A stretch of DNA of 63,965 nt, counting the filler, from Gonapodya sp. JEL0774 (taxonomy: Eukaryota): NCBI GenBank assembly GCA_027604505.1. It is 3 parts of 3 records of this genome, joined end to end, with 100 filler letters (N's around TTAATTAATTAA, not from the genome) between each part and the next. Parts side by side here need not be neighbours in the genome. Positions count along the whole stretch, not along the records: positions 1 to 24,253 come from JADIIX010000230.1; 2 more parts are not named here. The stretch is one strand, 5' to 3'. The notes under the pieces were generated by a model, which saw only the letters and a program-made list of their open reading frames with translations, did not search any database and was not told the DNA's origin. The position numbers and the translations under genes were made by a program. This document shows, piece by piece, positions 1 to 13,200 of the stretch (position 1 is its first letter; the number at the start of each line of letters is the position of its first letter).

Positions 1-272
1 CGAATGTTCTGGAATCCGATGGAAAACTCAACTTAATATATTGTCCATATATCCGGTGATTGTCAGTGACCCTGACAGTGCGAGAATGGAAGCTATGGGC
101 TGAGGCGGGGAGCGGGTGTCGGCGTTGTATGTGTGTGCGTGTGTGTGGATGTGTGAGTGGATTCAGCGGAGATACGTGTGAACGTGATCTGGTGGACGCC
201 TTGGTCGATGTGATCAATCTTTCTCCGGCGTGATCCTCCGTAGGGTACCGCCGCATAATGGTATTCGGGCGC

Positions 273-347
273 ATGATGAAATGTATTTATCTGAAATCGA
301 ACATGTGAAGCAAAAAAAGCATCCGATTATACGACCGAATTCTCTGA
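273..347 (+). ncRNA. Candidate box C/D snoRNA (tentative)
   Basis: Perfect box C ATGATGA at 273-279, CTGA at 291-294 (D') and 344-347 (D). The 10 nt before box D (ACCGAATTCT) are complementary to AGAAUUCGGU, recalled from fungal LSU rRNA. No terminal stem. Confidence 0.22.
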
Positions 348-536
348 TCACTTGGTGATTGTTATCATGAACATCACCCGTCTCGTTTTTGGAAACTACA
401 ACACACGTAGAAAAACTAACAAGAAAACAAGGAACGCCACACGATCAAAAAGACTTTCCGCACCACAGTTCCGTCCCGTCCCCACACTGCTCCCTCCCTC
501 CCTCCCTCCCCTTTCTCCCGGCCCGTCCGCACCCTC

Positions 537-2135
537 CTACCTCCCCACCCCCCCCAACACCCTCACCACATCCGTCTGCCCCACCACCCCGACACACTTC
601 TCCTTCCCCCTCTCCAAACTCTCCACGACCCATACCTCGTGGGCCGGCCGGGTCACCATGAGATCCAGCAGTTCGGCGAACGTGGTCGACGGGAGGCATA
701 GCGTGGGGACCAGGTGGGATTGCCGGTTCCAGGAGAGGAATTCGAGGAGGGGCATCTTGGGGGGCGAGGGAGTGGCGGGGCAGTGGGCGGGGGAAGGGGA
801 GGTGGGGGGTGACCCGACGAGGCGAAAGACACACAAACGTACGAACCTTGAACCTATACATGACCACCTCCGTCATGCCCCTCAAGTCCGCCACGCCCAG
901 CGTGGCCACCACCGGGCCCCCCGGGCCGTCCAACACCGGCACCGCGCGGACGTTCTCCCTCGCCAGCACCCCCATGGCCTCCCACGCCGTCATGTCCTTG
1001 GTCACGGTCACCATGGCACGCCGGGGTGGTCCGGAGCCGGAGCCCGTACTGTGGATGTGGAGGAACAGGTCGGCGACCGTGGCGGTGGGGGACACGGTGG
1101 CGGTGGTGAGCGACGAGTGGGCGTGGGCGTGTTTGAGCACGTCGGTTTGGGTCAGCATGAAGGGGGGCGTGCGGTGCGTGGCGTCGGTGACGATGGCGCG
1201 GTGGATGTGGTGGGAGAAGGAGCGGAGGACCTGGCGGGGGTTGGGTGGGTGAAGGGTGGCACGGGGGGGGGGAGGAGGACGTGAGGTCTCGGGTTGAGCA
1301 AGAGGGGAGAGTTGGGAATAGAGGGATCCAGAAACGCTCTGAGAGAACACGGCAAAGGGTCGAGGACAGACTCTCTTGTACGTCGCAGGTTGTCGCCCGT
1401 TCTGCCCCAACATTGCTCCCTCGCCGACGTCGAACCGAGAGACCTTCACAAACAACTCACCGGCTCCAAAGTATCATTCACATCAAACTCCACCATCCGA
1501 TAGCTCTCATTCTCACTATCCAGCGTCTGCACGTGCTCCACCCCCTCCTGGACCGCTTTCTTCACCCCTTCCCCGTCGGGTCCCATCCCGGCTTCTTTCT
1601 TGAGCAAAAAGTGCATAACGTCCATCGCGGTGATCACCGAGACGATCTTGGAAGGATTGGAGTGGGATTGGATGCCCAGGGAGGTCACGGAGGATGCGGC
1701 CATGGATTTCATGGCGGTGGAGAGGGGGGTGGTCGGCGGGACAGAGTGGATGGGGGGTTTGTGGAAGCCGCAGTCTAGTGGGAGGGGCATGGGAAGAAGA
1801 GAAACATGGGAAACGCAGGGAGATTGGCGTTAATGGTGCGCAGGTAGGCAGTGGCGAGGAAATCTCGAACAAAGTCGTTGTCTCCCGGTTTCATCACAAG
1901 AGCATTGGGGACCGAAACCGGTGAACTCCGCCAGCAAATTCCCACGGAAATACCGTCTGTCCTCGCTCTCGGAACTCCCCCGAGCCAGCTACGTTCTCCC
2001 GACGGATGCCAGACACCTCGGCTCTCACCGAACCGGTGACGCAAACCCGCAACGAGCGCAGACCATACAAGGAGACGTACCGGCTATTATGACGTCTTTA
2101 AGCGACGTTGGAGACTTTGACGTGGTGGTGGTCAT
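537..2135 (-). CDS. CBS-domain protein (AMPK-gamma/Sds23-like), multi-exon
   Basis: CBS-like segments across spliced ORFs: IHSVPPTTPLSTAMKSM..IVSVITAMDVMHFL; HIHRAIVTD..MLTQTDVLK; VTVTKDMTAWEAMGVLARENVRAVPVLD..VATLGVADLRG; HEVWVV..CVGVVGQTDVVRVL. ATG at 2135 is followed by a GTACGT donor. Confidence 0.8.
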
Positions 2136-2654
2136 GGTTGGTTTGTGGTTTCTGGGGTTTGAATGCAATGATGTTGTAATTGGGAATTCCAAGTAGTCGT
2201 TGGAGACGGGATCATCCTTCGTGTTGCGTGTTGATGACTCATGGAGTTCGAATATCGAAATCTGCTCCAACTCAAGACATCAAATGTGATCGTTTCAACT
2301 GACTATGCGAGAGAGTATCGATAAACGAATGCGCAGACCATTTCTCGATCTGCCGAAATGAGACCGCCATCACATGATGACTCTCCGACTTCTAAATTCT
2401 GGGGGCTCCGGTTGCCGAAAACAGTACATTGAATGACTATGTTTGGCCCATAATACTCTCGGCCTTATGGAGAAGATTCACACTCCTGGACAGAAGTTGC
2501 CGCAAGTTCGCCGAGTCTGTATAGTATTTCATCTTTATAACAAGTCTTTATCTAGAATGTATAAAGAGCGATTCTAGGTGGAATTAGAAAGTACGGGGCT
2601 TCTGAGCTCTCCATCTATGCCTTGCAGTAGTACGGAAACGGGATCTAACACACG

Positions 2655-4068
2655 TCATCCGTCAAGCGCCTTGATCACCGAGTTTGCAACCTTCTCTGGA
2701 AAGTCCCACACAAGCATGTGCCCCGCACCTTCGATGGTGATGAGATTTGCGCGCTGGCGAATGTGCGATAAGGTTTATTTTGCATGGTGTACGCACACAA
2801 CATGAGGTTCGAAAACGTTGAAGATGAACACTTACAGGAAGGAGCGAGCACACTTTTCGGGATACAGAGTATGGCACGACGCGGTCATCGGTGCCCTGAA
2901 TGTGAACACGACGTGCAGACCAACATTGTGATAGATCCAACATTCGCATTACCGAACATTCAATCCCATTGAACATACCCAAATGAGCACCACTTTCCTC
3001 CCATGCCGTCCAACTTCCTCATACACATCTTCCATGCCCCACAATGACATATTTCTGCATGTCTGCAAGATGGCCCTGCGATGTCCCGGGGACACCCGAA
3101 GTTGAATATCGTTGGAAAGTCCAAGGTAGGCACGGCTGGGTGGGATCACTTTGGAGGGAGCTGGACCAGCGCGGATGCCCATGCGGCGAATGAGGAGGGG
3201 GCAAAGGTGGAAGAAGATGTCGCTGGGGTCGATAAATTGTAAGGTCAGCCACATACGAATTGCGCGAGCCACGGCGCCACGCAGAAAAATTCAACACACC
3301 CAAGCAAAGGCACCTTCAGCACCATCTGCAGCACGGGTCTCCTCATCATACCACTCGGTGCCATCAGAACCATCGTCTCCACCTCGCGAGGGTACATTTT
3401 TGCATACGCAGTCACGATAGCCCCGCTCATACTGATTCCGACGAGAGTGAATGGGGCCGTATGAAATCCCAGCTCGAGGATTACGAGACGGAGTTGGGAC
3501 AAGTGGAACGCGAGGTCGTATAGGCCGGGGGGGCAACTGGAGTGGCCGCGACCGTAATGATCTGGAAGAAGGATGCGATGAAATTTGGGGTGGAAGAACA
3601 TACAGTGCAGTTAAGTCGAATAGTGAGTGTCCTCAAGGAAACTTATTGGGAGCACTACTTCAGTGGGGCGGGTCGGCTCTCACCATACGTGAGCACCCTG
3701 TATCCTGCGCCTGCCATCCTCAAAAGAAAGTCCCTGCTTGACCCGCTCACGGCACTAAACCCATTTACATACACCATCTTCTTCCCATTCTCGGGTCCGA
3801 ACAAGTAGTACCGGGTTGTTCCGCTCGGCGCGTGAATCCAGCCTCCACCAGGGAGCATGCTGTCCGGGCATACATCAGCTGTGATGGCGATGGGAGTGCT
3901 CTTGGTGTTGCAGACGATGTCTTCCGGTGTGGAACCGACGGTATGAACGAGTTCACTTTGGTATGCGGCGAGGTTTGGGAGATGCGCGTTGTGAGAGGGG
4001 ACAGTTGAACGGTACAAGAGCAAAATCAGTGCGCAAAAGATTGCCAGCGCGACGAAGTACGACAGCAT
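2655..4068 (-). CDS. Alpha/beta-fold serine hydrolase, paralog A, with N-terminal hydrophobic anchor
   Basis: YVNGFS oxyanion region, DHYGRGHS, nucleophile elbow GISMSG, acid loop GTDDRVVP, His motif GAGHML; four GT-AG introns; stop TGA at 2655-2657. Confidence 0.88.
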
Positions 4069-4411
4069 GGCGAGCAGTGAATTGCAAAGGGAACGATTGC
4101 TGATTTGCGTTGGGAATGTGTGGGGTTACGGTTGGCCACCTGGCTGAGGAGGTAAGGCGCCACACTGGTACCAGTGATTCGGTATAATGACAAAATAGGA
4201 AAACCTTCAGCATCTGAAGGGACTGTTACGTTAGTAGAGAGCATGTACCCCGACAAGTAGATAGAATTAATCCAACGGATCATCGCATCACAAGATAGTT
4301 AGGTGTTTACAAAATCTAACAACCCTCACACCGCCCTACATCTTCTGCAAAAAGCGTTCCCTCCTGTTGAACCACCAACGTTACACCAACTGGTTAGTCG
4401 GATATAGTCCG

Positions 4412-5769
4412 CTAGGCCACACCGCTAACCAATGCGTCAGCTACGAGTTTGGCGTGATCCGAGGCGAGGAGATGACCTGCGCCATCGATTGTGACCAGGC
4501 GAGCATTCTGGAAGGCGGAATGATGACGATGAGGGAAAGGAGAAAGCGCTTTCCAAGCAAACAGCAACGAGCTCACGGGAATGGCCGAGCAAACTTTGCG
4601 GGACACGGAATAAGGAACGACATTGTCCGCCGTTCCCTTCAAGAATCGAGAGCAATCACTTGCAACTGTTTGACATCGAGCAAGGTCATTGCGGCTGAAA
4701 ACTCACCCATATGACCACAACTTTCCTATCATTCTTTCCGACCTCCTTGAAAGCGTCATCCATTCCCCACAACGTCAGATTTCTCACGGTTGAAAGCACG
4801 GCTCTCCGGTGTCCCGGTGATACAATCGTCTGCATGTTGTTGACGACTTCAAGGAAAACAGTGTCATCCGTAATGGATGGAGATCTCGAGTGGGTTGCTC
4901 CGAAGCCGAGACGACGGATTTGTTGTGAGAGGGCATGGATGAGGATCTCACTGTGATTAGGATGAGTAGTGGGATCGTCGGAAATCTTGCACGTGGAGAG
5001 AGATGTGAAGAAGGGCGTGTGTGTTGTGGTAACACCTACCCGAGGAACGGAACGGCCAAGACCTTTGACAGGAGCGGCCTCTCCATCAACCCAGCAGGAG
5101 CCATCAGACCCAAAGCCTTGACATCACTCGGATACTGACGACAGTACTCCACACTGATTGCTCCTCCCATACTGTTGCCCACTAGAACGAAGCCCGTTTC
5201 GCTGAAGCGATTCTCGAGAATGAGCAAGCGCAGCTGGGTAAGATGGAAGGCGAGATCGTAGCGCCCTGGAGGGCAGGAAGAATGTCCACGGCCGAAGTGA
5301 TCTAGTGCGCAGATTTGATTTCATCTTACTGTAAGCAGCGAATCCGTATTCCAATGCAGAAACAGTTCTCCCAGTTCGTAATCCGAGACGCACCATATGC
5401 TAGGACGCGAAATCCGGCATCAGACAGTTTCATCAACATGTCTTTGCTCGTCCCGCAAACTGCGCTCAGACCGTTCACATAAACCAGCCTCTTCCCGTGT
5501 TCAGGTCCGAAAACGTGATAGCGAATTCGTCCCATCGGACCCTCAAGCCAGCCACCTCCAGGAAGCATATTGAGAGGGTATAAATCGGGTGATTCCAAGT
5601 CATTCTCAAGAGTATCAAGGATCTCGGTCGCAGTTGACCCAACAGACTGCGATCTCGGGGTTTGGAATGCATGCAATCCAGGAAAGTGTGCTGACTCGGC
5701 GGGAACAATCGCACGATACCCGAGAGTGGCAGCGGCAGTGAGGCCTGCAGCAATCAGGTAGTTTGACAT
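4412..5769 (-). CDS. Alpha/beta-fold serine hydrolase, paralog B (tandem duplicate)
   Basis: YVNGLS, DHFGRGHS, GNSMGG, GTADNVVP, GAGHLL; collinear with paralog A (MLPGGGW, VSPGHRRA, VPYSVSRKVCS) with shared intron positions. Confidence 0.88.
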
Positions 5770-5971
5770 TCACTGTTTCTCTTCTTGTGTGAAGTTTGGG
5801 AACTGTGGGATGCGAATGCGGATGAACCCCTGTGCCGGTCCTAATTGCATTATTCAATGCTTGTGGACAGATTTCTGTCGACCCCACGAAAAAACGCTGG
5901 AATAAGATCCTAGAAGTGCATGCCATTTACATTAATGGGACTCTGCTTCCTCTCGACATCCGTCCAGTTGC

Positions 5972-8056
5972 TTATGCTGAGCGGTTACTTATACTATAGT
6001 TACTTTGGCCTCCCTGCAACTCTATAAAATCCTTCGTGCACGAGTACCAGTGATTGAAAAACGACTCGGCAGGCTGGGGAAAAGTACGACGTTGATCAAC
6101 ATGTTTGCTACGAGAAGGAGTCACAGAAGACTGTAGTCTTACGTTGCATGTGCACCTTCCAGTGATGTGATACTTTTTCGACGGTGGATAGGAAGCGAAT
6201 ACGTGAGAAACATTCTCAATGGATGAATACCAGGTGGTCGCTTACCTTAGCAACGTCGATCGGACATTGCGTAAAAGGGATATGTCGGTAACCTTAATTG
6301 ACAACATTTCGCAGAGGAGCACTCATGAAACCATTCATCGATGGTGCACTGAAACAAAAATAGTACCATACCGATGTCCTCAAAGAAAATCACGTCCTCG
6401 GGTTTCAAGAAAAGCATGACAGCAATAGAATGAATAGGGGCATCACCCCACCGCTCATAAAAGAAACCGCCAGCCCTTTGTTTAATCCCCAAATCAGCAA
6501 ACGAAGAAGATGTACATCAACCCGCAAAGCCGCACCTATCCACCCACTGAAACCACCTATTGTAGTCTTTGGACCTGAACCAACGCAAATCACCGATCTC
6601 GAAATTGGACCAGAAATGGCAAAGGGAGTACTCCTGCATGAGTCCCCCTGGCGATAAGAATTTTCTCATTCGAGATGATCTCGGGAGAGTATCGTTCGGG
6701 AAAATGGCATTGTGGTGGCTGATGAATTCCTGTAACCATGTTCGTCAAGTCAAAAGAATTCGATGATCATAGGTCGTCCATGGAACTCACTCTAGTGGTC
6801 TCCCAAAGGGTTGGAATGGTGTTCTTTCGTGAGAAAGTGAAATAATTCAGATCGGAATGCAAGTGTAAGCTGATCGTTGGCAGGCTGCTCACCGTGTACT
6901 CTTTCAGACTGATAGTGAAACCGTACTTTGCACCACGGTTCTTCATCCTCACAAAGGGATCTTCAGTCACATCACAGAAAAAGCTGACATCGGGCTCAAC
7001 TTGTGATAATCATCGGAGGAAACAGATGGATCTGTGATCGATGGGCCGTCGGCCACTAACTGAAAATATGCGATCACAGTACCTCTCCAGTAGAAGTCAT
7101 ACTGTTGCAGTAACGGATGCCGATAGAAAAATCCGGACTCATATCTGCACATGTGGCGATATGATTCGCTGGGAAAAAGAAACGCAGGTGGAGAAGTGAA
7201 GACTTCCTCCCCAGAGATATGATAAGACGCACCTTCCTCCATAGATCACGTTTTGTCTTTGCATCTCGTCCCAGCTTGTTCTCGCCCTGTTTTTGTCAAT
7301 AAAGTCTGGGATAGACCAATGCTCACGCGGAACTCGTCCAAATTGAACTGTGGCATTGGTGAGCCCGCGGACTTGAGCGATGAATGTCTTGATAGATATC
7401 CGGTACACAAAAATAATAAGCGTAAGCTGCCCCAAAACAAGCTGACCGAAGGAACATGGCTCACGGTATCAAAATCCTCGTTGTTCAGAAACACATAGTC
7501 ATAACCGTAATTTCGATTGAAACGGTCCTCCAGTTGTCGCATGGTAGATTTCCAAGACCACAGATCTGAATTTTGGAGAAGTACGATGAAGCATGCTCGA
7601 GGGCGACTTTCAGCACCGGATGCAACAACTTGCAGATGTTGAACTGATGACGTATATGACTTGGGCTTCGTTGAAAAGAATGATAAAAGGCGATCTTCAC
7701 TCACCTGGTACAGGAGATGGATGAGGAGAAACTGTGCGTAGTGACTCGTCCGAAAGATCGCTGATTGCAAAAACGGGGTCTTTGGGCGGATTGGCGGTTC
7801 TGATTCCTTGGAAACCCTGAAAGACTCCAATGCGAGTTCTCCCCCAGTTTTCAACCGATAACCCCAGTCCGACAATCACGAATATTGCAAGCACAGCTAT
7901 GATCGATATCAAGCGCTTGCCCGAACATGGGAGCCTTGCGCCACGGACTAACTTGATCTTCGCATCATTGTTGCAAGATAAACGCATGATTTTGGCAGTT
8001 GAAACAGAGGAGTCTGCCTGTGATGTCAAAGACACTCGTCGTGGATGGTAGGGCAT
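5972..8056 (-). CDS. Alpha-1,2-mannosyltransferase, glycosyltransferase family 15 (KRE2/MNT1/KTR-like)
   Basis: Type II TM ([18 protein letters not shown]); GT15 motifs [69 protein letters not shown]. Reconstructed C-terminus [33 protein letters not shown]. Start may be 7988. Confidence 0.92.
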
Positions 8057-8739
8057 CTCTCAATTCACTGACGTGTGAAGGTTTCGTGGACCGTGATTTT
8101 CTGCGAATGACGACATATCAAACCATGGGCAGGCCCCGGCACCCGGCACACTTTGTCGGGGATAAATATTCATATATACCGGTCCTGGACGATGCCATGT
8201 TCCTTGACGATGGCGTTATAATTTACAGGAAAACGAATATCATATGTGCCCCAAGAAGAATCAAAAAAGCGCAGTCATTGCAAAGGGACAACACGGTAAG
8301 GCATGCGCATCGTCGTGAACAACTGCCCCAGAAATTGGGATAAGAAAATGCTGAATTTTGCATGCATCACCATCCTATCTGGATACAAGTATAGGAGTTT
8401 ACGGAGATATACTAGAAAATGGGGACTTTTTCAATGAAGCTCCATCATGGCCCTTGAAAGAGTTTGAGCAGTAGAATATCCCATAAACGACACGGATAAG
8501 AGATCCAGTGCTAACCCCTCTTTAGTAAAGTTCGCCTCCACGAACCCACTCTCCAAAGTCCAAACTTGCGCTGACATGAGGTTACACACGACCCCTTTGG
8601 AGAGAGCCCCTGCAAGACATTGGCACAATTTGAGTTTTAAAAGAATCAGACAAAATCCCTCGAGCGCAGGAGAGCTCAATATCACACTCGAAAAAAGCAG
8701 TCGCACGAGGTCCTTAACGCATTTGTCGTACTCGATAAC

Positions 8740-9550
8740 TCACTTGAAGAAGCCCCGCACTATCGTTACTTGAAGCCCCGCCATTCCAATGATTAGCAGA
8801 GTCTGGAACAGCGCGAACCAGAAGATTCGCGATTCCGTGCTCTGTACTGTCGAAAAGTTGCGGTTGTCCCGAGACCGCAGATGGAGCTGGTTTCGATGCA
8901 TGGAAACCAGGGAGCTCCCAATATTGGCAACGCTCGCTTCAACAGAAGTCTGCGCTTGGTTGTTGTTGGGCTTATTCTGTTTTGAGTTAGCCTGCTTCTT
9001 GTTTTGTTCGCTCTCCGTAATGAGTTCCACTGTCACATCTTTCGAGTCGAAGGTGCTCGCAGAATTGAAAAAGCACGCCGCGATCTCTCCAACCGCGGGA
9101 GAGCTGAAAGCAAAGTCGCCTTGTTGCTCATCCTTTCCCCCGACGATGGGGTGGGGGAAATCAGCATGTTTGACCTCGTAGTCGATGTCAAAATTGCCAC
9201 CGGACTGCACCTGAATTTGGGAATTGTACGATGAGAGAGAGGGCGATGGCCGTTGAGGTGATGGGTTGGCAATCAGATTCGTTCAATGAATTCACGACAA
9301 CCCTCACATCAAGGGGCAAAGTACGATGGGTATTGAGAAAAGTATGCCAACTCACCGCGAAATAGAACGCAATCTTCTCGTTTGCTGCCTCTGAGTGCAC
9401 ATAGAAGCATCGCCGTTCCTGAGGCTGAAACCGGTAAGTGAAGGGGTCGGCTCGAACAAGCCGTGGGGCGAAGGTGATAGAGAAGACGAAAGCGAGAAGG
9501 AATAGGGCAGGAAGATGGTGCAATATGGGAAAGGAACGGACTCGGGTCAT
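8740..9550 (-). CDS. p24/emp24/GOLD-family cargo receptor
   Basis: Signal peptide, ERRCFY..KIAFYFAV|QSGGNFDIDYEV GOLD domain, RDNRNFSTVQSTESRIFWFALFQ, C-terminal TM then FF. A short extra last exon is possible (GTGAGT overlaps the stop). Confidence 0.92.
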
Positions 9551-9579
9551 TGCAATGCTGAGAGTCACAAACTACATAT

Positions 9580-9632
9580 CTGAAGGACTGCCACACGCTA
9601 CACGCTGAAGGATTGCCACACGCTACACGCTG
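9580..9632. repeat. 25-bp tandem duplication just upstream of the p24 ATG
   Basis: CTGAAGGACTGCCACACGCTACACG (9580-9604) then CTGAAGGATTGCCACACGCTACACG (9605-9629), one mismatch. Confidence 0.9.
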
Positions 9633-10200
9633 GATGACCATCCATAAAAATTATGTCTATACTTCATGTCACTCCGTGGAGCTGTTATGCAGAACTGTCT
9701 GAAGCAGCGAGAAAGGCTCATTATCTCAAATCTGATTTTGTTTTCACGTGCATTCACATGTCAGACGTCAGCCGCCGACTAGATCAAGATCGCGGACTTC
9801 TGGGAATCAACAGATTCAATTAACTCAAGGAATTTTTGTCTTTTCTTTGCTGCCTCTCTGTCACTCCAGTTTGGTCAGCTGTCTTGCGTGGACACCTGCT
9901 GCGATGATCTAATGTGAGGTCAGTCTTCAGCCGAGATATTCTGGACACCTTTGCCATTGCCCTCGCGGCGGATCCCTTGTGCAGACCTTTCATCAACTCA
10001 TTTACGAAGCCCCGCCTCGCAGGATGGGTGTTACATAAATGTCAAACTAACTTCGCCGCGAAGACACAGCACTTGCTCGCGGGTCCAACCGGGAACTAGA
10101 GCAAATCGAAAGAACCCACTTGATTGTTGGTAGAAATCCCACGCTGCACCCAGAAACCATTCTTCAATTACTGGGTGTTAGCTGGCTCGCTGCCACTTTG

Positions 10201-13200
10201 ATGACTACTACTGAGTGGAGCATTATGGAGCAGGGAGAAGACGTCACTTTGACGCCGGCAACTGAACCATCGGGATTATCCATGGTCTCTAGTCCTTCCA
10301 ATGAATCGACAGTCCCCTCGCTCGATCGGCGACATTTGGTCAGTGTCAAAGCGTTGGGTATCAACGCAGACCACCCAACAACCCAAGAGGAGAGTGCGGT
10401 CTATCAACCACAAGAATCAGCCTACTTATCTCGTCAATTATCACACGGTGACCCGCTCTCGCCATCCTCAATATTCGATCCATCCCGGCGGTCTCGCAGG
10501 TCCAGTATGGGCAATGCCGTGGTGGACAGAGTTCACCCGCTCGCCCTAATACTCCTGTCCAAAACGGGAATCGCTGGAGGCACGTCGGCGGCACACTTGA
10601 CGACAGGGATCGCTGCTGCGTCTGATATGTCAAGAATGCTTCCTTCCCTTTCACCAACCCACATATTTCCCGCGATGCCCTCATTTCCGGCAGCCACCAA
10701 TTCGTTCATTCTACGCGCAAAGGAATTGCTGGGAAAGGTTATGGCGGCGGACAATGGTAATGAGGAAACAGCATCCGCACCTCAGGACCCTGTCGAGGCT
10801 ACTTCTTCGAAGGTTCAAAGCATTCCGGACTTCTCCACAGGACCCACTGATAAGAGTGCACCTCCATCGCTGCACGAACCATTAAGCTGGGTCTCACCAG
10901 ATAAACCCCTCCCTCGCCTCCCCATCTCTGCTTCATCATTCTTACTCGCGCCGGAAGATGGCGACTCCCCAACAACCGCAATCAACCCATCCCTATCGAC
11001 ATACACCGTGGAGCCAAAAGATTTTGATGACGTGTACAAGGAGCCTGAACCTTGCCTTCGGGACAAGCAACTTGAGGAAGTGGAGGGTATTGTGAGAGCG
11101 CAACAGACCAGGACATCGTCCGAACCAGTCGTCAAAAACGCAGCTCCACAAGACGAACTAGGTGCAAAAAATCAATGCGTTGTTGATTTCTATACAAACG
11201 TGGTCCCGAAGGCTCCCACCACCGAACTACGAAGGGAGGAAAGGGTGGTGGGTTCAACAATTGTGGGGTCGCCTTCCAACCAGACTTCTGGGATCAATTT
11301 ACTTCACGGATACACTGTCGCCGAGGAGTTGACATGCGTGGAATCTGTCGATGCTCAGAAAATGGAATCCAGTGAACTCAATAAACTTGTAGGTGCGCAA
11401 CTGGAGTCTGAGGTACTTCAACTATCATCGAAGTTGCACGACGAGCTAAAAGCACCTGAGGATGTCGAAGCATCCACAGTCTCTGACAGCCGATTGGAAA
11501 TGTCCAAGAGGGACGGCAACTCTGCTGGAAGCACTCGCCAGGTACCACACACGGTCACTGAACCCCAGTCTTTGAGAGCACGATGTGATGCGTCGGTCCC
11601 TCTTGGTTCAACTGAATCCGAACTTGTCCATGCCGAGGGTAGCTCTCACCCTTATCAGCTGATTTTTGCAGGTTATTCGGTTGTCGCAGATCCCGAAAGG
11701 ATTCAACGTAGGAAGTCTGGCGAGACCAAGGCAGTGACCCCCGCAAGTCCTAAAACCAATTTCGTACAACATTGCGCTCACGAGGAAGTACGATCAACGG
11801 CTGTCACAACAGAGAGCCCTGATTTCGTGAGTTGCAGCATTAATTTTCTGAAGGCGATGTTTAAGGATAAATTGTTTTCACATTGCAACGGTAGATACTA
11901 CACCCGGAAGTGGGTTTTGCTGTTGACCCGGTGGAACAAAACCCGCTCATCTCTGCCCTCGACATCGATCTCCCTCCAATGGCACATCCGCGACACAACT
12001 TTTTTGCATGCTCTCCGAGTGATGGATGTTCCTTGCAAGCAAAACTACACGACCGCAGGAAAGATTCGCTGGGGAGATTTGAAGAAAGTGCTGCAACAGT
12101 CAGCGGTACCAGAAACCCAGCGGGGCCTCCCCCTGTGGTGGATATCATTGGGAAGGGACAGAGATCTGACGAGGATACTAAACTCGAACACGCGGACGAA
12201 ATTTACATTAGCTGGAGTGCGTTGGCAGCATCGCACTCCCCTGCACTCGACGTTCCAAATACCTTCACTCGATTCACCGTGCCAGATCGACTCGGGTGCT
12301 CCGAGGTCGTAAGAGCCGCTGGGACCGATCACTTAAATTTTGATCTCGATGTGAGGTTCAAAGAGCGGATGGAGCTGATAGGCCCTGGACATGTACAAGC
12401 AACAGCCACCATACTGAACGAATCTAGATCCACCATCACCAACCCTTGCACCAGATCGGAGATCTCCACCAGCTCGCTGATATCCGGAGGCCAACAAGCG
12501 GTGAATCGCATTGGAATACCTAGCTCGGATTGTTTGTGTCTTCCCGACTCGGATATGCTTTGCAAGGAACTGGCTTCCCGTGACACCTCCGTCTTCCCCA
12601 ACACAAAGTCTCAGGGTGACGTGCTTGCAACAATAAAGACGACTGTTTTGGAGCCAGATCCAACCGCGGACTCTGTTTTCCGCACTTCCACCGACGAAAT
12701 TGCCAGTGGTTTGAACTCGATCGAGCAAATTGTACCAACCTCTCTTGACTTTCCCAGTCTGCATAAGCTTTCGTCCATGACTCGAGATATGCCAGTGGCA
12801 AGATACCATGACAGGGTGGAATCGGGTGGCGGTTCACACGCCGAAATACATCCCGAAATGTTTGCAACTACAACCCTCAGTGAGATTATTGAGGGCCGCT
12901 CTAGATGGAATCCTCAGAAGCCAATGTCTGAGCTTGGTACTCTGGCAGCCGCGCCACATCACGTGCCAGCCATGTCTGCCCGCGGAGAAACCGTTCTTGC
13001 AAGCGGTTCTGTGCTTTCCCCGTCTCTCACGATCGCTTGTACGCCTCCTACTCGGACATCCGTTCCTCCACGGCAATTAGACATTGTGGAATGTGGTTCT
13101 GGATCGATGACCAATCTCATATTCCCGGGGGCTTTTCGCTTAGATAATCGGATGGGAATCGCAGAATTTGGAATGTCCTCAGTTGAACCACCAACAATCA

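Noticed and set aside
127..158. Imperfect (GT)n tract
   Set aside because: Ordinary short microsatellite.
352..1284. 310-aa plus-strand ORF
   Set aside because: Antisense shadow of the GC-rich CBS gene; no recognisable motifs.
11910..12312. Overlapping ORFs suggesting programmed frameshifting or dual coding
   Set aside because: Explained by the canonical phase-0 intron 11827-11894.
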